Part shown: positions 28,671 through 38,927 of the stretch, piece after piece | Layout: every line of letters begins with the position of its first letter | How positions within the stretch are numbered: the stretch's first letter is position 1 | From: Methanosarcina sp. | GTDB taxonomy: Archaea > Halobacteriota > Methanosarcinia > Methanosarcinales > Methanosarcinaceae | Assembly (NCBI GenBank): GCA_013331265.1 | Contig: DUGS01000159.1 | Coordinates: 27,988 to 67,008, forward strand | Length of the DNA: 39,021 nt | Direction: 5' to 3' | Made by a program: the position numbers and the translations under genes | The notes under the pieces: model-generated | The model's database searches: none | Told to the model about the DNA's origin: nothing | What the model saw: the letters and a program-made list of their open reading frames with translations, nothing else

Positions 28671-31538
28671 TCACCATTTAAAGAATCTTAATGCCCAGTT
28701 TATATTTTTTCTCAGGAGGTATTTTCTCAGTTCATCAACCCAAAGTAGGAGAACTGAAAAAGGAACTGCAAGCAGCATGTACCTGATATAAATGGGTGAT
28801 GTGTTGAAAAGCAGATTAGCAAACGGGTTCAAGAGAATGAAAGCAAGAATAAGGAGTTCGCTTACGATTCCCAGGAGGACAAAGCGGTTGCTGAATAACC
28901 CCATTGAGAAAACAGACTGAAACCGCGTTCTTGAAGCAAATACATTGGCGATCTGACAGATAACCACGGCTGAAAAGAAAGCTGATATCGCCTGCATATA
29001 AAGCGTGTTAGTGTTTGCAAGCTGCTCGCCAAAAGTCCAGCCCCCTTCAAAAAGGACGGCGAAATAACAAAAGAAACCTGCAGCAGCCTCTATAGGTCCT
29101 TTTAATCCGTAGGCTGTAAAAAGCACCTGAGGAGTCAATAACTTTTCATCTCTTGGTCTGGGGGGCCTTTTCATAATATCTCCTTCTCCTTTTTCCACGC
29201 CCAGAGCAATGGCAGGCACCATGTCGGTACCCAGATCAATTGCCAGGACAAGCTGTATAGGCAAAGGAAGAGGCAGGGAAAGGAGAACGAAGGCTATAAA
29301 AGGCAGGATTTCAGGAACATTACTGGCAAGATGGTATACAATAAACTTTTTAATATTATCAAAAACGGTTCTGCCTTCTTCTACAGCATTTACTATTGTA
29401 GCAAAATTATCATCCAGAAGCACCATATCTGCGGCCTCGCGGGCCACATCTGTGCCGCTTCCCATAGCGACTCCCATGTCAGCATTCTTGATAGCCGGAG
29501 CATCATTAACCCCGTCTCCGGTCATGGTAACTATCTCTCCTTCTGCCTGGAAGAGCTGTACGATTTTTAATTTCTGGACAGGAGACGTCCGTGCAAAAAC
29601 AATGCTTGGGTTTTTGAGCCGTGAGGCAAGCTCTGTTCTGGAAAGGGACTTCAACTCATCTCCGGTAATAATCTCAGGTTTTCCCGGACCTGCAAGTCCT
29701 ACATCCCTTGCAATTGACTCTGCGGTAACAGGGTGGTCTCCTGTGATCATAACAACCTTGATCCCGGCTGCATGGCATCTTGCAATAGCTTCTCTGGCTT
29801 CAGGGCGCGGCGGATCTACAATCCCTATGAAACCCAGGAAAATAAAGTCGCCAGTATATTCTTTAAAATCTTCTGCCTGCCTGAATGCAAGAGCAATTAC
29901 CCGTTCGCCTTTTTCTGCCAGCCTCAAGTGTCTGTCCAGAAGTTCTTCTTGCTCGGTTTGGTCAAGTCTTCTGACTTCTCCTGATTCCAGAATGTACTCA
30001 CACATCTTAATAACCACTTCTGGAGCACCTTTAAGGTATACCTCAAGCTTGCCTTCAGGAGTGCGGCAGATAACCTCCATGCGCCGGGTAAGAGATTCAA
30101 AAGGAAACTCCTCAAGCCTTGGATATTCTTGATGGATTTTTTTTAGATCTACGAAATTGTTAGCAAAAACAAGAAGCGCCCCTTCTGTTGGATCACCGGT
30201 ATATCCGGGAGGGGCGTCGTAAAGTTTCGCGTTGTTGCATAGCCCTGCAACCCTTATAAAAACCGAAGGGATCTTTTCCGTGTTCCCCATAGGGCTTCCG
30301 GTAGCATAAACTCCTTTTTCACCTGAGTCGGTCATATTATCAGGATCAGCAACTATCTCAACGGGACCTTTTTTTATACTATCTTCTGAATCCTGCCCTT
30401 CATCCCATTCGTAAGGAATGAAAGAGCCTTCCAGCTCCAGCTTTTCGAACCCTACGATAAAAGAACTTACTGCCATCCTGTTCTGAGTCAGGGTGCCGGT
30501 TTTGTCCGTACATATGACAGTAGTCGAGCCAAGAGTTTCTACAGACTCGAGCTGTTTTATAAGGGCATTTCGGGAAGCCATTCTTCTGGAAGCAAGGCTG
30601 AGGGCAAGCGTAACTGTTGGCAACAGTCCTTCAGGAATATTGGCAACAATTATTCCTATGGCAAAGATAAGGCTTGCAAGAAAAATATCCTTGAGAAAAA
30701 ATGCGAGCAAGAAAAAGGTAATTCCAAGGAAAATAGCAATTGCTGAAATAATCTTTATGAAACGGTTGAGCTCTTTTCGGAGAGGTGTTTCAATGGAGGT
30801 GGTCTGCTCTGTAAGCGTTGCCAGGTTTCCAATCTGAGTATCATGTCCTGTTGCGAAAATAACCGCTTTGCCATTTCCACTCAGTACGAGAGTTCCGGAA
30901 AAGACCATGTCCCGGCACTCCAGCAGGTTCGAATGAGAGCATTTAAGAGAGCGCAGCTGTGGCTCTGATTCCCCTGTAAGGGCTGAATTGTCCACTTTCA
31001 GGAAATTGATTTCAACCAAACGGCCGTCGGCAGGAACCTTATCTCCCTCTTCAAGAAGGACAACATCCCCTACCACAAGCTCCGAAGCCAGAACGTCCCT
31101 TACCTTTCCATCCCTCAGGACTTTTGCATGAGGAGGTAGAAGCTGCCTGAAGCTTTCCATTGTCTTTGCAGCCTGGTATTCCTGCACAAACGTGAAAGTC
31201 CCATTCAGGAAAAAAACTCCGACAAGAGCAAAACCTATATAAATATTTCCCTTTCCAGGATCAAAATACTCGCCAATGAAAGCTAGAATAGCCCCTACAA
31301 TCAGCAGGATGGAGAAAAAGTTTCGGAACTGCCGGACATATCGCTTAAATATGCTTTCCTTTCCGATTTCTTCGAGGATATTTGGGCCGCATTCCCGGAG
31401 CCTGAGGGCAGCTTCCTGTTCACTGAGCCCGTTTTCATTTACATTTAATCTCTGCAAGAATTCAGAGAGAGAAATAAGATGCTCATCACCCCGCGGAGAA
31501 CATACACTATTTCTGCTTCCAGCCGATTCTTTTTCCAT
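28671..31538 (-). CDS. Cation-transporting P-type ATPase, type IIC (Na+/K+-ATPase)-like
   Basis: TGES, VANIPEGL, DKTGT, KGAPE, TGDGVND, SNVPE, DLGTDMVPAI. Confidence 0.93.
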   Translation of the reverse strand: MEKESAGSRNSVCSPRGDEHLISLSEFLQRLNVNENGLSEQEAALRLRECGPNILEEIGKESIFKRYVRQFRNFFSILLIVGAILAFIGEYFDPGKGNIYIGFALVGVFFLNGTFTFVQEYQAAKTMESFRQLLPPHAKVLRDGKVRDVLASELVVGDVVLLEEGDKVPADGRLVEINFLKVDNSALTGESEPQLRSLKCSHSNLLECRDMVFSGTLVLSGNGKAVIFATGHDTQIGNLATLTEQTTSIETPLRKELNRFIKIISAIAIFLGITFFLLAFFLKDIFLASLIFAIGIIVANIPEGLLPTVTLALSLASRRMASRNALIKQLESVETLGSTTVICTDKTGTLTQNRMAVSSFIVGFEKLELEGSFIPYEWDEGQDSEDSIKKGPVEIVADPDNMTDSGEKGVYATGSPMGNTEKIPSVFIRVAGLCNNAKLYDAPPGYTGDPTEGALLVFANNFVDLKKIHQEYPRLEEFPFESLTRRMEVICRTPEGKLEVYLKGAPEVVIKMCEYILESGEVRRLDQTEQEELLDRHLRLAEKGERVIALAFRQAEDFKEYTGDFIFLGFIGIVDPPRPEAREAIARCHAAGIKVVMITGDHPVTAESIARDVGLAGPGKPEIITGDELKSLSRTELASRLKNPSIVFARTSPVQKLKIVQLFQAEGEIVTMTGDGVNDAPAIKNADMGVAMGSGTDVAREAADMVLLDDNFATIVNAVEEGRTVFDNIKKFIVYHLASNVPEILPFIAFVLLSLPLPLPIQLVLAIDLGTDMVPAIALGVEKGEGDIMKRPPRPRDEKLLTPQVLFTAYGLKGPIEAAAGFFCYFAVLFEGGWTFGEQLANTNTLYMQAISAFFSAVVICQIANVFASRTRFQSVFSMGLFSNRFVLLGIVSELLILAFILLNPFANLLFNTSPIYIRYMLLAVPFSVLLLWVDELRKYLLRKNINWALRFFKW

Positions 31539-32053
31539 CGAACCCCCTTATAGTTCAATGTGACACAAGAATAAGAAACTTAACGTTACGAGTCTCCTTA
31601 ATTCCTGAAAAAACGGCCATAAGAGATCCAGTCAAACGTTACAAGTCATTGAGAAGTAAAAACCTGGAGCCTGAATCTCCTCATAAAAATAATAGAAGTT
31701 AACAAGGTCAAAATTTATTATGTGGTTTATCAAAGAAAAGACTGAAAAAAATTCCTGGCAATTAGTTTTTATAATTTGCTAACTAAAAAAATATCAGTAT
31801 ATTGACTCAATTGAAGGGTTCGAGAATTGTTTTCACTTTGATTATTCTCACTCCTGCTCAGGCAAGGAAATCAGTGATTAAGAACTATCTGTTCCCGTTC
31901 ATCAAAATAAACCATATTTTTAACATGTTTTGAACTCTGGATAATCTAGACCGGAGTTTGAAACATTTTGGATTGAAAAGGTCTATATAATATTGTCAAG
32001 TAGAAAGTAAATTGTAATAAAAATAAATGTACAAGGATAAAAGTAAAAAAGGT

Positions 32054-33082
32054 ATGACCGATATGAGTGAATTCACATTAAAAACAAGACTTTTAGCCGC
32101 CCTGAAAGGCGAGCCTGTTGACAAAGTACCTGTCTGCTCCGTAACCCAGACCGGAATTGTAGAACTCATGGACGAAGTCGGCGCCCCCTGGCCTGAATCC
32201 CACACAAACCCTGAACTGATGGCAAAGCTGGCAATCGCCAACTACGAGCTCAGCGGACTTGAAGCTGTAAGGGTCCCATACTGCCTTACCGTTCTGGTCG
32301 AAGCTATGGGCTGTGAGATCAACATGGGTACCAAGAACAGGCAGCCCTCGGTTACCGGTCACCCCTATCCAAAAAGCCTCGAAGGCGCAGCAGTTCCTGA
32401 AGACCTCCTGCAGAGAGGCAGAATTCCAGCAGTCCTCGAAGCGATCAAGATCGTCAGGGAAAAAGTTGGTCCTGATGTGCCAATCGTTGGCGGTATGGAA
32501 GGCCCTATCACCGTCGCATCCGACCTTGTAAGTGTAAAGTCCTTCATGAAATGGTCCATTAAAAAACTTGACCTTTTCGAACAATCTCTGGACCTTGCAA
32601 CTGAAGCTGCAATCATCTATGCAAATGCATTGGTAGAAGCCGGTGCAGACGTTATTGCCATTGCAGACCCTGTTGGTTCTCCTGACCTCATGAGCCCTGA
32701 CTGCTTCAAGCAGTACCTCCAGCCAAGGCTGCAGAAGTTCTCTTCAAGCGTGAACTCGGTTACAGTCCTGCATATTTGCGGTAATGTAAACCCTATCCTT
32801 GACTACATGGCAGACTGCGGCTTTGAAGGTCTCAGCGTTGAAGAAAAGATCGGCAGCGCAAAGAAGGCAAAGGAAATTCTCGGAAACAGGGCCAGATTCG
32901 TAGGAAACATGTCCAGTCCATTTACCCTGCTGCCCGGACCTGTTGACAAGATCAAAGCCGAAGCCAGGGCATGTCTTGAAGACGGCGTTGATGTACTCGC
33001 TCCAGGCTGTGGAATTGCACCCATGACCCCGGTCGAGAACATAAAAGCCATGGTCGAAGCAAGAAACGAATTCTACGCCTGA
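32054..33082 (+). CDS. mtaA: Methylcobamide:coenzyme M methyltransferase MtaA
   Basis: MSEFTLKTRLLAALKGEPVDKVPVCSVTQTG N-terminus; Zn ligands LHICG and APGCG; UroD fold. Start at 32054 or 32063. Confidence 0.92.
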   Translation: MTDMSEFTLKTRLLAALKGEPVDKVPVCSVTQTGIVELMDEVGAPWPESHTNPELMAKLAIANYELSGLEAVRVPYCLTVLVEAMGCEINMGTKNRQPSVTGHPYPKSLEGAAVPEDLLQRGRIPAVLEAIKIVREKVGPDVPIVGGMEGPITVASDLVSVKSFMKWSIKKLDLFEQSLDLATEAAIIYANALVEAGADVIAIADPVGSPDLMSPDCFKQYLQPRLQKFSSSVNSVTVLHICGNVNPILDYMADCGFEGLSVEEKIGSAKKAKEILGNRARFVGNMSSPFTLLPGPVDKIKAEARACLEDGVDVLAPGCGIAPMTPVENIKAMVEARNEFYA

Positions 33083-33297
33083 GAAGGCATAAATTTTTTT
33101 ATTTTTTTACGGGCAAGTCCGGGTAAAAAATTTCAAGCTCTGGACATCATGCCCGACTCATTTTTTTAACTTTTTGGGGAAGGAGCTTCAGGGACGGGTA
33201 TACCGAAACCAGTGTTCTGATAAACTGTCAGTCCAGAGGCTCAATGTTGAAAGGATTGTTCGAGAAAATCTTAAACTTTTTTGAAGGAGGTTAAGAT

Positions 33298-34917
33298 ATG
33301 AGGACAGGAGTTGCAATTGACCTGGGAACCAGTGGATTCAGGGCCCATAAAATTGACCTTGAGAGCGGCGAGATTAAGAAAACCGTAATTACTCTCCGGA
33401 ACCCTTTACCAGGAGCAAATGTAATGGACCACCTTGACTTTGCAATCCATTACGGGCTTGATAAAGCCCATGGGCTCTCGGCAACAGCGGTAAAAAATAT
33501 CCTTAATGAGCTAGGAGTAAAGCCTGAAGAAATGGAAAAGTTCTCAATCTGCGGAAACCCTATCCAGCTTTCTATCTTTCAGGGAATTCCCATTGAAGAC
33601 CTGGCATACGCAGGAGAGCGTAAGAAACAGAAGTATCACATTGAAGAGCAGAATAGAGATGCCCGGGTCATACCTCTATCCGAAATCGCGGGATTTGAAG
33701 AGTTTAAAAACTGCAAACTGTTTGTGCCCCCGGCAATAAAGCACGAGGTTGGAGCCGACGCACTTGCCCTTATTGTAAAAGCAGGCATGATTGAGAGCAA
33801 CGAGATTGCAATTGCCACCGACTACGGAACAAACGCCGAAATGGCCCTTAAATCAAATGGGATTATCTATACAGGGTCGGCTGCTGCCGGGCCTGCTCTC
33901 GAAGGCCAGGAAATCGAATACGGATCTATTGCTTCTCCGCATACCATCTGTGATGTAGAATTTGAAGGAAATAACCTGCGCTGCTATGTTCTTGACAGAG
34001 ATATGAAAACAGCCAGAGGAGACCTCGTAAACCCAAAGACAGGAGAAGTCGTGGAAAAGGGAGAGATAACTGCAAAAGGCATTACAGGCACTGGGGTTAT
34101 TGCCCTTATCGAAACCGGGATGAGAAACAAATTAATAGCCCTTCCAAAAATTCAGACTCCAGAAGGCATCATCCATCTTCAGGACGGCATCAAGTTCACA
34201 GAAAAAGACCTTATCGCAGCTGGAAGAGCGATAGGCGCGCTCCGGGCAGGCCATATTTCCCTCTGCGCAGCTGCAGGAATTGAGATGGAAGACCTCAAGA
34301 TAGCATACATGTCAGGAGCTGCCGGAACCTACATGGACGCCGCAAAAGCCCATCATGTAGGGATGATCCCTTACAATGCAAGTTATGTTTCACAAATAGG
34401 GAACACCTCTCTTACAGTTGCCCGGGAAATTCTGCTTTCTGAAGATAGGCTGTGGGAACTGCAGAAAATTGCAAAGGAAATCCTGGGCACACATGTGATG
34501 TTTGCAACCTCCGAAGCCTTTAAGGAAGCCTATATGCTTGAACTTGCTTACTGGAACGAGGGTATGGCATTCAAGATGCTTCAGAAGTTCCTGAAAAAGA
34601 AAAAACTGCCCATGATAAGTGAGCCTTCGACTGTCCTGAAAATCGACCGCCAGGTAGAAAGAGACATTCCCGAACTGGGAGAAGAAGGGCTCGACGTGCT
34701 TGAGAAAGTAGGGACCTACCTTACCATGGTCATTGAGGACTGCGTAAGCTGCCAGAAATGCGCAAAGGTATGCCCGAACGGAGCTCTCAGGATGGAAGAC
34801 AACGGGCTTGTCAGAATAAGGACAGACCTCTGTGACGGAGCAAACTGCCAGCGCTGCCTGCATGCCTGCCCTGATGACAGGTTCAAATGGGAAAAACTGA
34901 CTGTTGAAGGGATCTGA
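33298..34917 (+). CDS. Corrinoid protein reductive activase (RamA family, ASKHA ATPase with two [4Fe-4S] motifs)
   Basis: DLGTSG, RNPLPGANVMDHL, DYGTNAE, GSAAAGPA; C-terminal CVSCQKCAKVCP and CDGANCQRCLHACP; adjacent to mtaA. Confidence 0.93.
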   Translation: MRTGVAIDLGTSGFRAHKIDLESGEIKKTVITLRNPLPGANVMDHLDFAIHYGLDKAHGLSATAVKNILNELGVKPEEMEKFSICGNPIQLSIFQGIPIEDLAYAGERKKQKYHIEEQNRDARVIPLSEIAGFEEFKNCKLFVPPAIKHEVGADALALIVKAGMIESNEIAIATDYGTNAEMALKSNGIIYTGSAAAGPALEGQEIEYGSIASPHTICDVEFEGNNLRCYVLDRDMKTARGDLVNPKTGEVVEKGEITAKGITGTGVIALIETGMRNKLIALPKIQTPEGIIHLQDGIKFTEKDLIAAGRAIGALRAGHISLCAAAGIEMEDLKIAYMSGAAGTYMDAAKAHHVGMIPYNASYVSQIGNTSLTVAREILLSEDRLWELQKIAKEILGTHVMFATSEAFKEAYMLELAYWNEGMAFKMLQKFLKKKKLPMISEPSTVLKIDRQVERDIPELGEEGLDVLEKVGTYLTMVIEDCVSCQKCAKVCPNGALRMEDNGLVRIRTDLCDGANCQRCLHACPDDRFKWEKLTVEGI

Positions 34918-35139
34918 GAAGGAAATGGAAAAAGGTAAGAATCACCACGCTCAAGATTACTATTTAAAATGTTGATGCAGTTACTGGACGCAGAGAAGAA
35001 AAAGATAGTGCATCGATTCCAAAATAGAATCGAAGTACCGGGAATCACCCTGGCTAGAATCAAAAAAGGCAATTCCAGGATTGAAGAAATATCACATCCG
35101 GGTATTAATATCACATCCTGGTATTGCAAAATTCTACAT

Positions 35140-37137
35140 TCAGTGTGCTTTTAAACTTTTCTTTCTGTCTAAAATCTGCGGTTTTCCAGAAGAGATCTGA
35201 TTGTCTTTCTGTTCTCCTGAAACTTTGAATTTTTCTATGAGAGTATCAACTGTTTTCTGGGCAAGCTCGCTGACGTTCTGCACAGAACTACTTACCTGCT
35301 GCATGGCAGCTGTCTGCTCTTCGATTGCAGCAGAGGTTTCTTCGCTGCTTGCCGCGTTTTCTTCAGCAGTAGATGCAGTCTCACTGATGCCTTTCTCAAT
35401 ATTTTCAATCTTTTTCAGACCTTCCTCAGAAAGCTTATCCAGTTCGACAAGCATGGAGTTTATAGTGGCAACTGCAGTTGCAATCTCCTGACCTTTACTC
35501 AAAGCCTCTTTAATGTTTTTGCTTCCGGTTTTAGCCTGACCGTCTGCGATGTTAATAGCTTCGGTCACTTTCTTGGTCTCTTTCTGGACATTTGTGACAA
35601 TTTCATTTATATCATCAGTACTCTTCCTTGAATCAGCAGCAAGTTTTCTGACCTCATCGGCAACGACAGCAAATCCTCTTCCATATTCGCCGGCTCGGGC
35701 AGCTTCGATAGCTGCATTTAATGCAAGGAGATTGGTCTGGTCAGCAATTGACTTGATTTTCCCTGTAACGGCACCGATTTTATTGACAGCATCGTCCAGT
35801 GAGTGAATAATGTCCCCGAGTTTGGAGATATCTGCAACAAGATGCTCAACTTCCTCAAGCCCCATATTACTGAGACCCTGAGCCTCATCACTTGTTTTAG
35901 CTGCCTGAGAAGCATAACTTGCGGACTTGTTGGAAGAATCATTGAGCTTTTTGAAGATCTCCTGAGAAGCTTTTATATCAGAGGCTGCTGTGCCCGCATG
36001 CCTTGAGAGATTTTCGGATCCGATTGCAATCTGTTCTGCTGCGGTTGAGATTTGCTGCATTCCCATGTTCATCTGACTGACAGCTTCATTGGACTGCTGA
36101 GCTTCTTCCAGAGTTGTGAGCATGTCTGCAAGGATATTTTCAATAACCGAATTCATTGTGAGAACAAGCTTATTAAAATCGTCAAAGGTCTTACCAAAAT
36201 CGTCATCCCGGAGTTTTTTGAGATTGGTTTCAAGATCCCCATCACTGATCTTCCGGATACCTTCCCCAAGATTCTTAAGGCAACTGTTAGTATAATCTAA
36301 AAGGTCCTGAATCTCTTTTTCCCGATCTTTCATCTCAGTCATATCGGTTATGACCGTGAGACTGCCAACAATAGCACCAGTTTGATCTTTCATTGGTATA
36401 GCAGAAAGTACTGTAGATAGTGGTTTGTCTAAAGCCTTGAATTTGAAAGATGTCTCGAGGTTATAAACACCTTCTCCGGTTTCAATTACTTTATCAATAA
36501 CCGTTTTTTGGGATTTAGTTTCCAGTAGTTCGGTAGGATATCTCCCCACCACTTCATCAGCACTCTTAAATCTGCATATTTCCAAAAAATAGTCATTTAC
36601 GAATTTTATTTTTCCAGACAAGTCCACATAAAGTGCAAGTGATGGAGCAGGTATGCTGCTGACAATCGCCCTTTGAGAATCTTCTCTCCGTTTTACATGT
36701 GAAGTTACGTCAAGAAACACGCCGTCAATATAAGAGAGGTTTCCTTTGCTATCATTCGAGAAATAAGCCTGTTCCTGAATGAATACTGTCTCACCACTTG
36801 ATTTTTTGATTCTGTATTCAACCCGGTAAGGAGTTTTGGTTTTCATAGCGTTCTCTATAGCCTTATCGATTAAAGGAACATCTTCTGGAAAAACAATGTT
36901 AGACCAGGATAATTTTTGAGAAAGAAAATCTTCTGCAGGATAACCTGTGAGTTTTTCCACATATTTGCTTATATAATGTATAACCCATGATGATTCATTC
37001 GAGATTCTAAAAATAGTCACCGGAAGATTATCTATTAACCAGCTTACCTCTTTTGCTTCGAGGTCTACATCGTTAGTAAAATTATTTTTTGAGTCTACTG
37101 ACTCTACCTGTTTTAAATCACTATCTAGTAAAGCCAT
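35140..37137 (-). CDS. Soluble methyl-accepting chemotaxis protein (PAS-PAS-HAMP-MCP)
   Basis: [37 protein letters not shown]; two PAS domains; no TM helix seen. Confidence 0.94.
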   Translation of the reverse strand: MALLDSDLKQVESVDSKNNFTNDVDLEAKEVSWLIDNLPVTIFRISNESSWVIHYISKYVEKLTGYPAEDFLSQKLSWSNIVFPEDVPLIDKAIENAMKTKTPYRVEYRIKKSSGETVFIQEQAYFSNDSKGNLSYIDGVFLDVTSHVKRREDSQRAIVSSIPAPSLALYVDLSGKIKFVNDYFLEICRFKSADEVVGRYPTELLETKSQKTVIDKVIETGEGVYNLETSFKFKALDKPLSTVLSAIPMKDQTGAIVGSLTVITDMTEMKDREKEIQDLLDYTNSCLKNLGEGIRKISDGDLETNLKKLRDDDFGKTFDDFNKLVLTMNSVIENILADMLTTLEEAQQSNEAVSQMNMGMQQISTAAEQIAIGSENLSRHAGTAASDIKASQEIFKKLNDSSNKSASYASQAAKTSDEAQGLSNMGLEEVEHLVADISKLGDIIHSLDDAVNKIGAVTGKIKSIADQTNLLALNAAIEAARAGEYGRGFAVVADEVRKLAADSRKSTDDINEIVTNVQKETKKVTEAINIADGQAKTGSKNIKEALSKGQEIATAVATINSMLVELDKLSEEGLKKIENIEKGISETASTAEENAASSEETSAAIEEQTAAMQQVSSSVQNVSELAQKTVDTLIEKFKVSGEQKDNQISSGKPQILDRKKSLKAH

Positions 37138-37484
37138 AATTAATCGATCCCTTAATAAGTTATATATTAACTGACAATATAAATCGAGGATGTATTCAAC
37201 TGATAATATAAATAGAGGGAGTATTTAAATGTATAGGAGAGTATATAAACCAATACTCCATCTCCAGTTGTAACTGCATAAATATTTATGCAAAGAAAAC
37301 ATATTCTAAGTATGTTTCAACTTGATACCGAATCAAAGGTGTTAGGAATCTGTCTACTTATACTCATTATCTATGTCCTATACAGACTGATCCCTATTTT
37401 ATCAGCTAACAATTAAAGGTAAATTATTACAGAGCCATTTGCTTTCCTGATTATTCCATATATTATGCGGAGATCGCGCCCAAA

Positions 37485-38663
37485 CTAAATTTCTTTCCGG
37501 ATATACTGCCAATCAAATCCTTCTTTGTCAAGTGTCAGAATTCTAAGGAAGCCTCCATTCCGGTTTTCATCGCATAAATTAAATGTTCTACCGTTTTTTA
37601 CCGGGAGACTTTCAGGATTCCTGTGGCCGTGGATCTGATAAGTATTCTTATTCGTGTTTTTGTTGAAACTTTCAGCAACCAGAGAAGCATCTTCAGGCTC
37701 GCCCACACCATTAATCATCTGTTCGGTTCCTGCAAAAACCAGGTTTTCAGGAAGGTTGCTCAGGCCTCCGTGAGTTACAAGCACGGATTTATTGTGGAAC
37801 CTGTAATAAATGCAAGGTACTGTTTTCCTGTATAGTTCAAGAGCATTACTCAATGTGATTCCTGCCTTTTCGAGTTCTCTCATGGGACGAAAAGTATCCG
37901 CAAACTCTGTTTGCTCTTCACCTGCTGCCGGGCCGCAAATGTATTTTTCGTTATCTCCTTCGAGCAGAACCACATTATCCCTGCACATGACTGAGAAAAG
38001 GAACTTAATTACTCTGGTATTTTCATTCCCTCTGCCTGTGTAATCTCCAAGAAAAATATAAAGGTCATTGTTAGTCAGTCCGCATGTAAGGTATGTCATC
38101 AGGGCTGTATAACTGCCATTTATATCTCCTATATGATGGATTCTTCTATAGTTTGAAAAATCAGGAACTCTATATTGCAGCTTTTTATGGAATTCATGAG
38201 GCTTTATTACCGTAACAAATGAAGGCACGCTTTGCCTGCTTATTATAGAGTACATATCTTCGATTACAGCCTCCGGTACAATCTCATATGCAGGTCTTTT
38301 CCTGTTTCTTTGTTTTGCAAGTTCAAGAGGCACATCCGAAAAATCAACGCAAAATGCCTCATATCTGTAAGCTTTGACAAGCGGCCTGTACTTTGCCATA
38401 TCTGCGTTTTCCGCATTTGTAGCGTCAAGGATTGTAAATTCTCCTTCTTCAATGCGGCTTTTAATAAGCGAGTAAATGAGCCCCCAGACTCTGCGGTTGA
38501 TTTTCTGGGACGTAATAGTCTGACCGGTAACGGAAAGTACAGGTGGTTTTATAAGAAGCCTGACATCGTCTGAGGAAATGGTATAAGGCTCAAGCCCGTT
38601 TTCTTTAATGAAAGTAGATTTGCCGGAGCCGGGTATTCCCCTTAAAAATACTAAATACCTCAT
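37485..38663 (-). CDS. Polynucleotide kinase (P-loop) fused to a degenerate calcineurin-like phosphoesterase
   Basis: GIPGSGKST, SSDDVR, LDATN, RNRKR; C-half IGDING, FLGDYTGRG, GDNE, VTHGG, HGH. Start placed at MRYLVF (38663). Confidence 0.82.
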   Translation of the reverse strand: MRYLVFLRGIPGSGKSTFIKENGLEPYTISSDDVRLLIKPPVLSVTGQTITSQKINRRVWGLIYSLIKSRIEEGEFTILDATNAENADMAKYRPLVKAYRYEAFCVDFSDVPLELAKQRNRKRPAYEIVPEAVIEDMYSIISRQSVPSFVTVIKPHEFHKKLQYRVPDFSNYRRIHHIGDINGSYTALMTYLTCGLTNNDLYIFLGDYTGRGNENTRVIKFLFSVMCRDNVVLLEGDNEKYICGPAAGEEQTEFADTFRPMRELEKAGITLSNALELYRKTVPCIYYRFHNKSVLVTHGGLSNLPENLVFAGTEQMINGVGEPEDASLVAESFNKNTNKNTYQIHGHRNPESLPVKNGRTFNLCDENRNGGFLRILTLDKEGFDWQYIRKEI

Positions 38664-38927
38664 ATGACACTCCACAGCCGATTTTGAAAATACTTGATTT
38701 ATTCCAGTTAACATGCCAGCTTCGGTTGACTTTTCTGGTTTAAGCAAACTTGCCCAGAGGCAGATAATCTTAATATTCCTTTCCATTTTTTTAATATCAG
38801 CCTTTTTTGATAAATCTGCTCAAACGAAGGATACTGAAGATGTACCTAATTTTCCGTAAAATTATAAATTTTAAGAGGGGTTTAAGTTTAGAATTCGAGA
38901 ACTGAAGATTATTTTTATTTACCGTGC

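Noticed and set aside
29209-30132. 307-aa plus-strand ORF and other long antisense ORFs (e.g. 3263-3814, 32093-32584, 34390-34863)
   Set aside because: They are shadows of well-supported genes on the opposite strand and show no recognisable motifs.
37410-37487. Pyrrolysine readthrough of the kinase/phosphoesterase TAG into a ligase domain
   Set aside because: Readthrough adds only about 23 codons before TAA, with no ligase motif.
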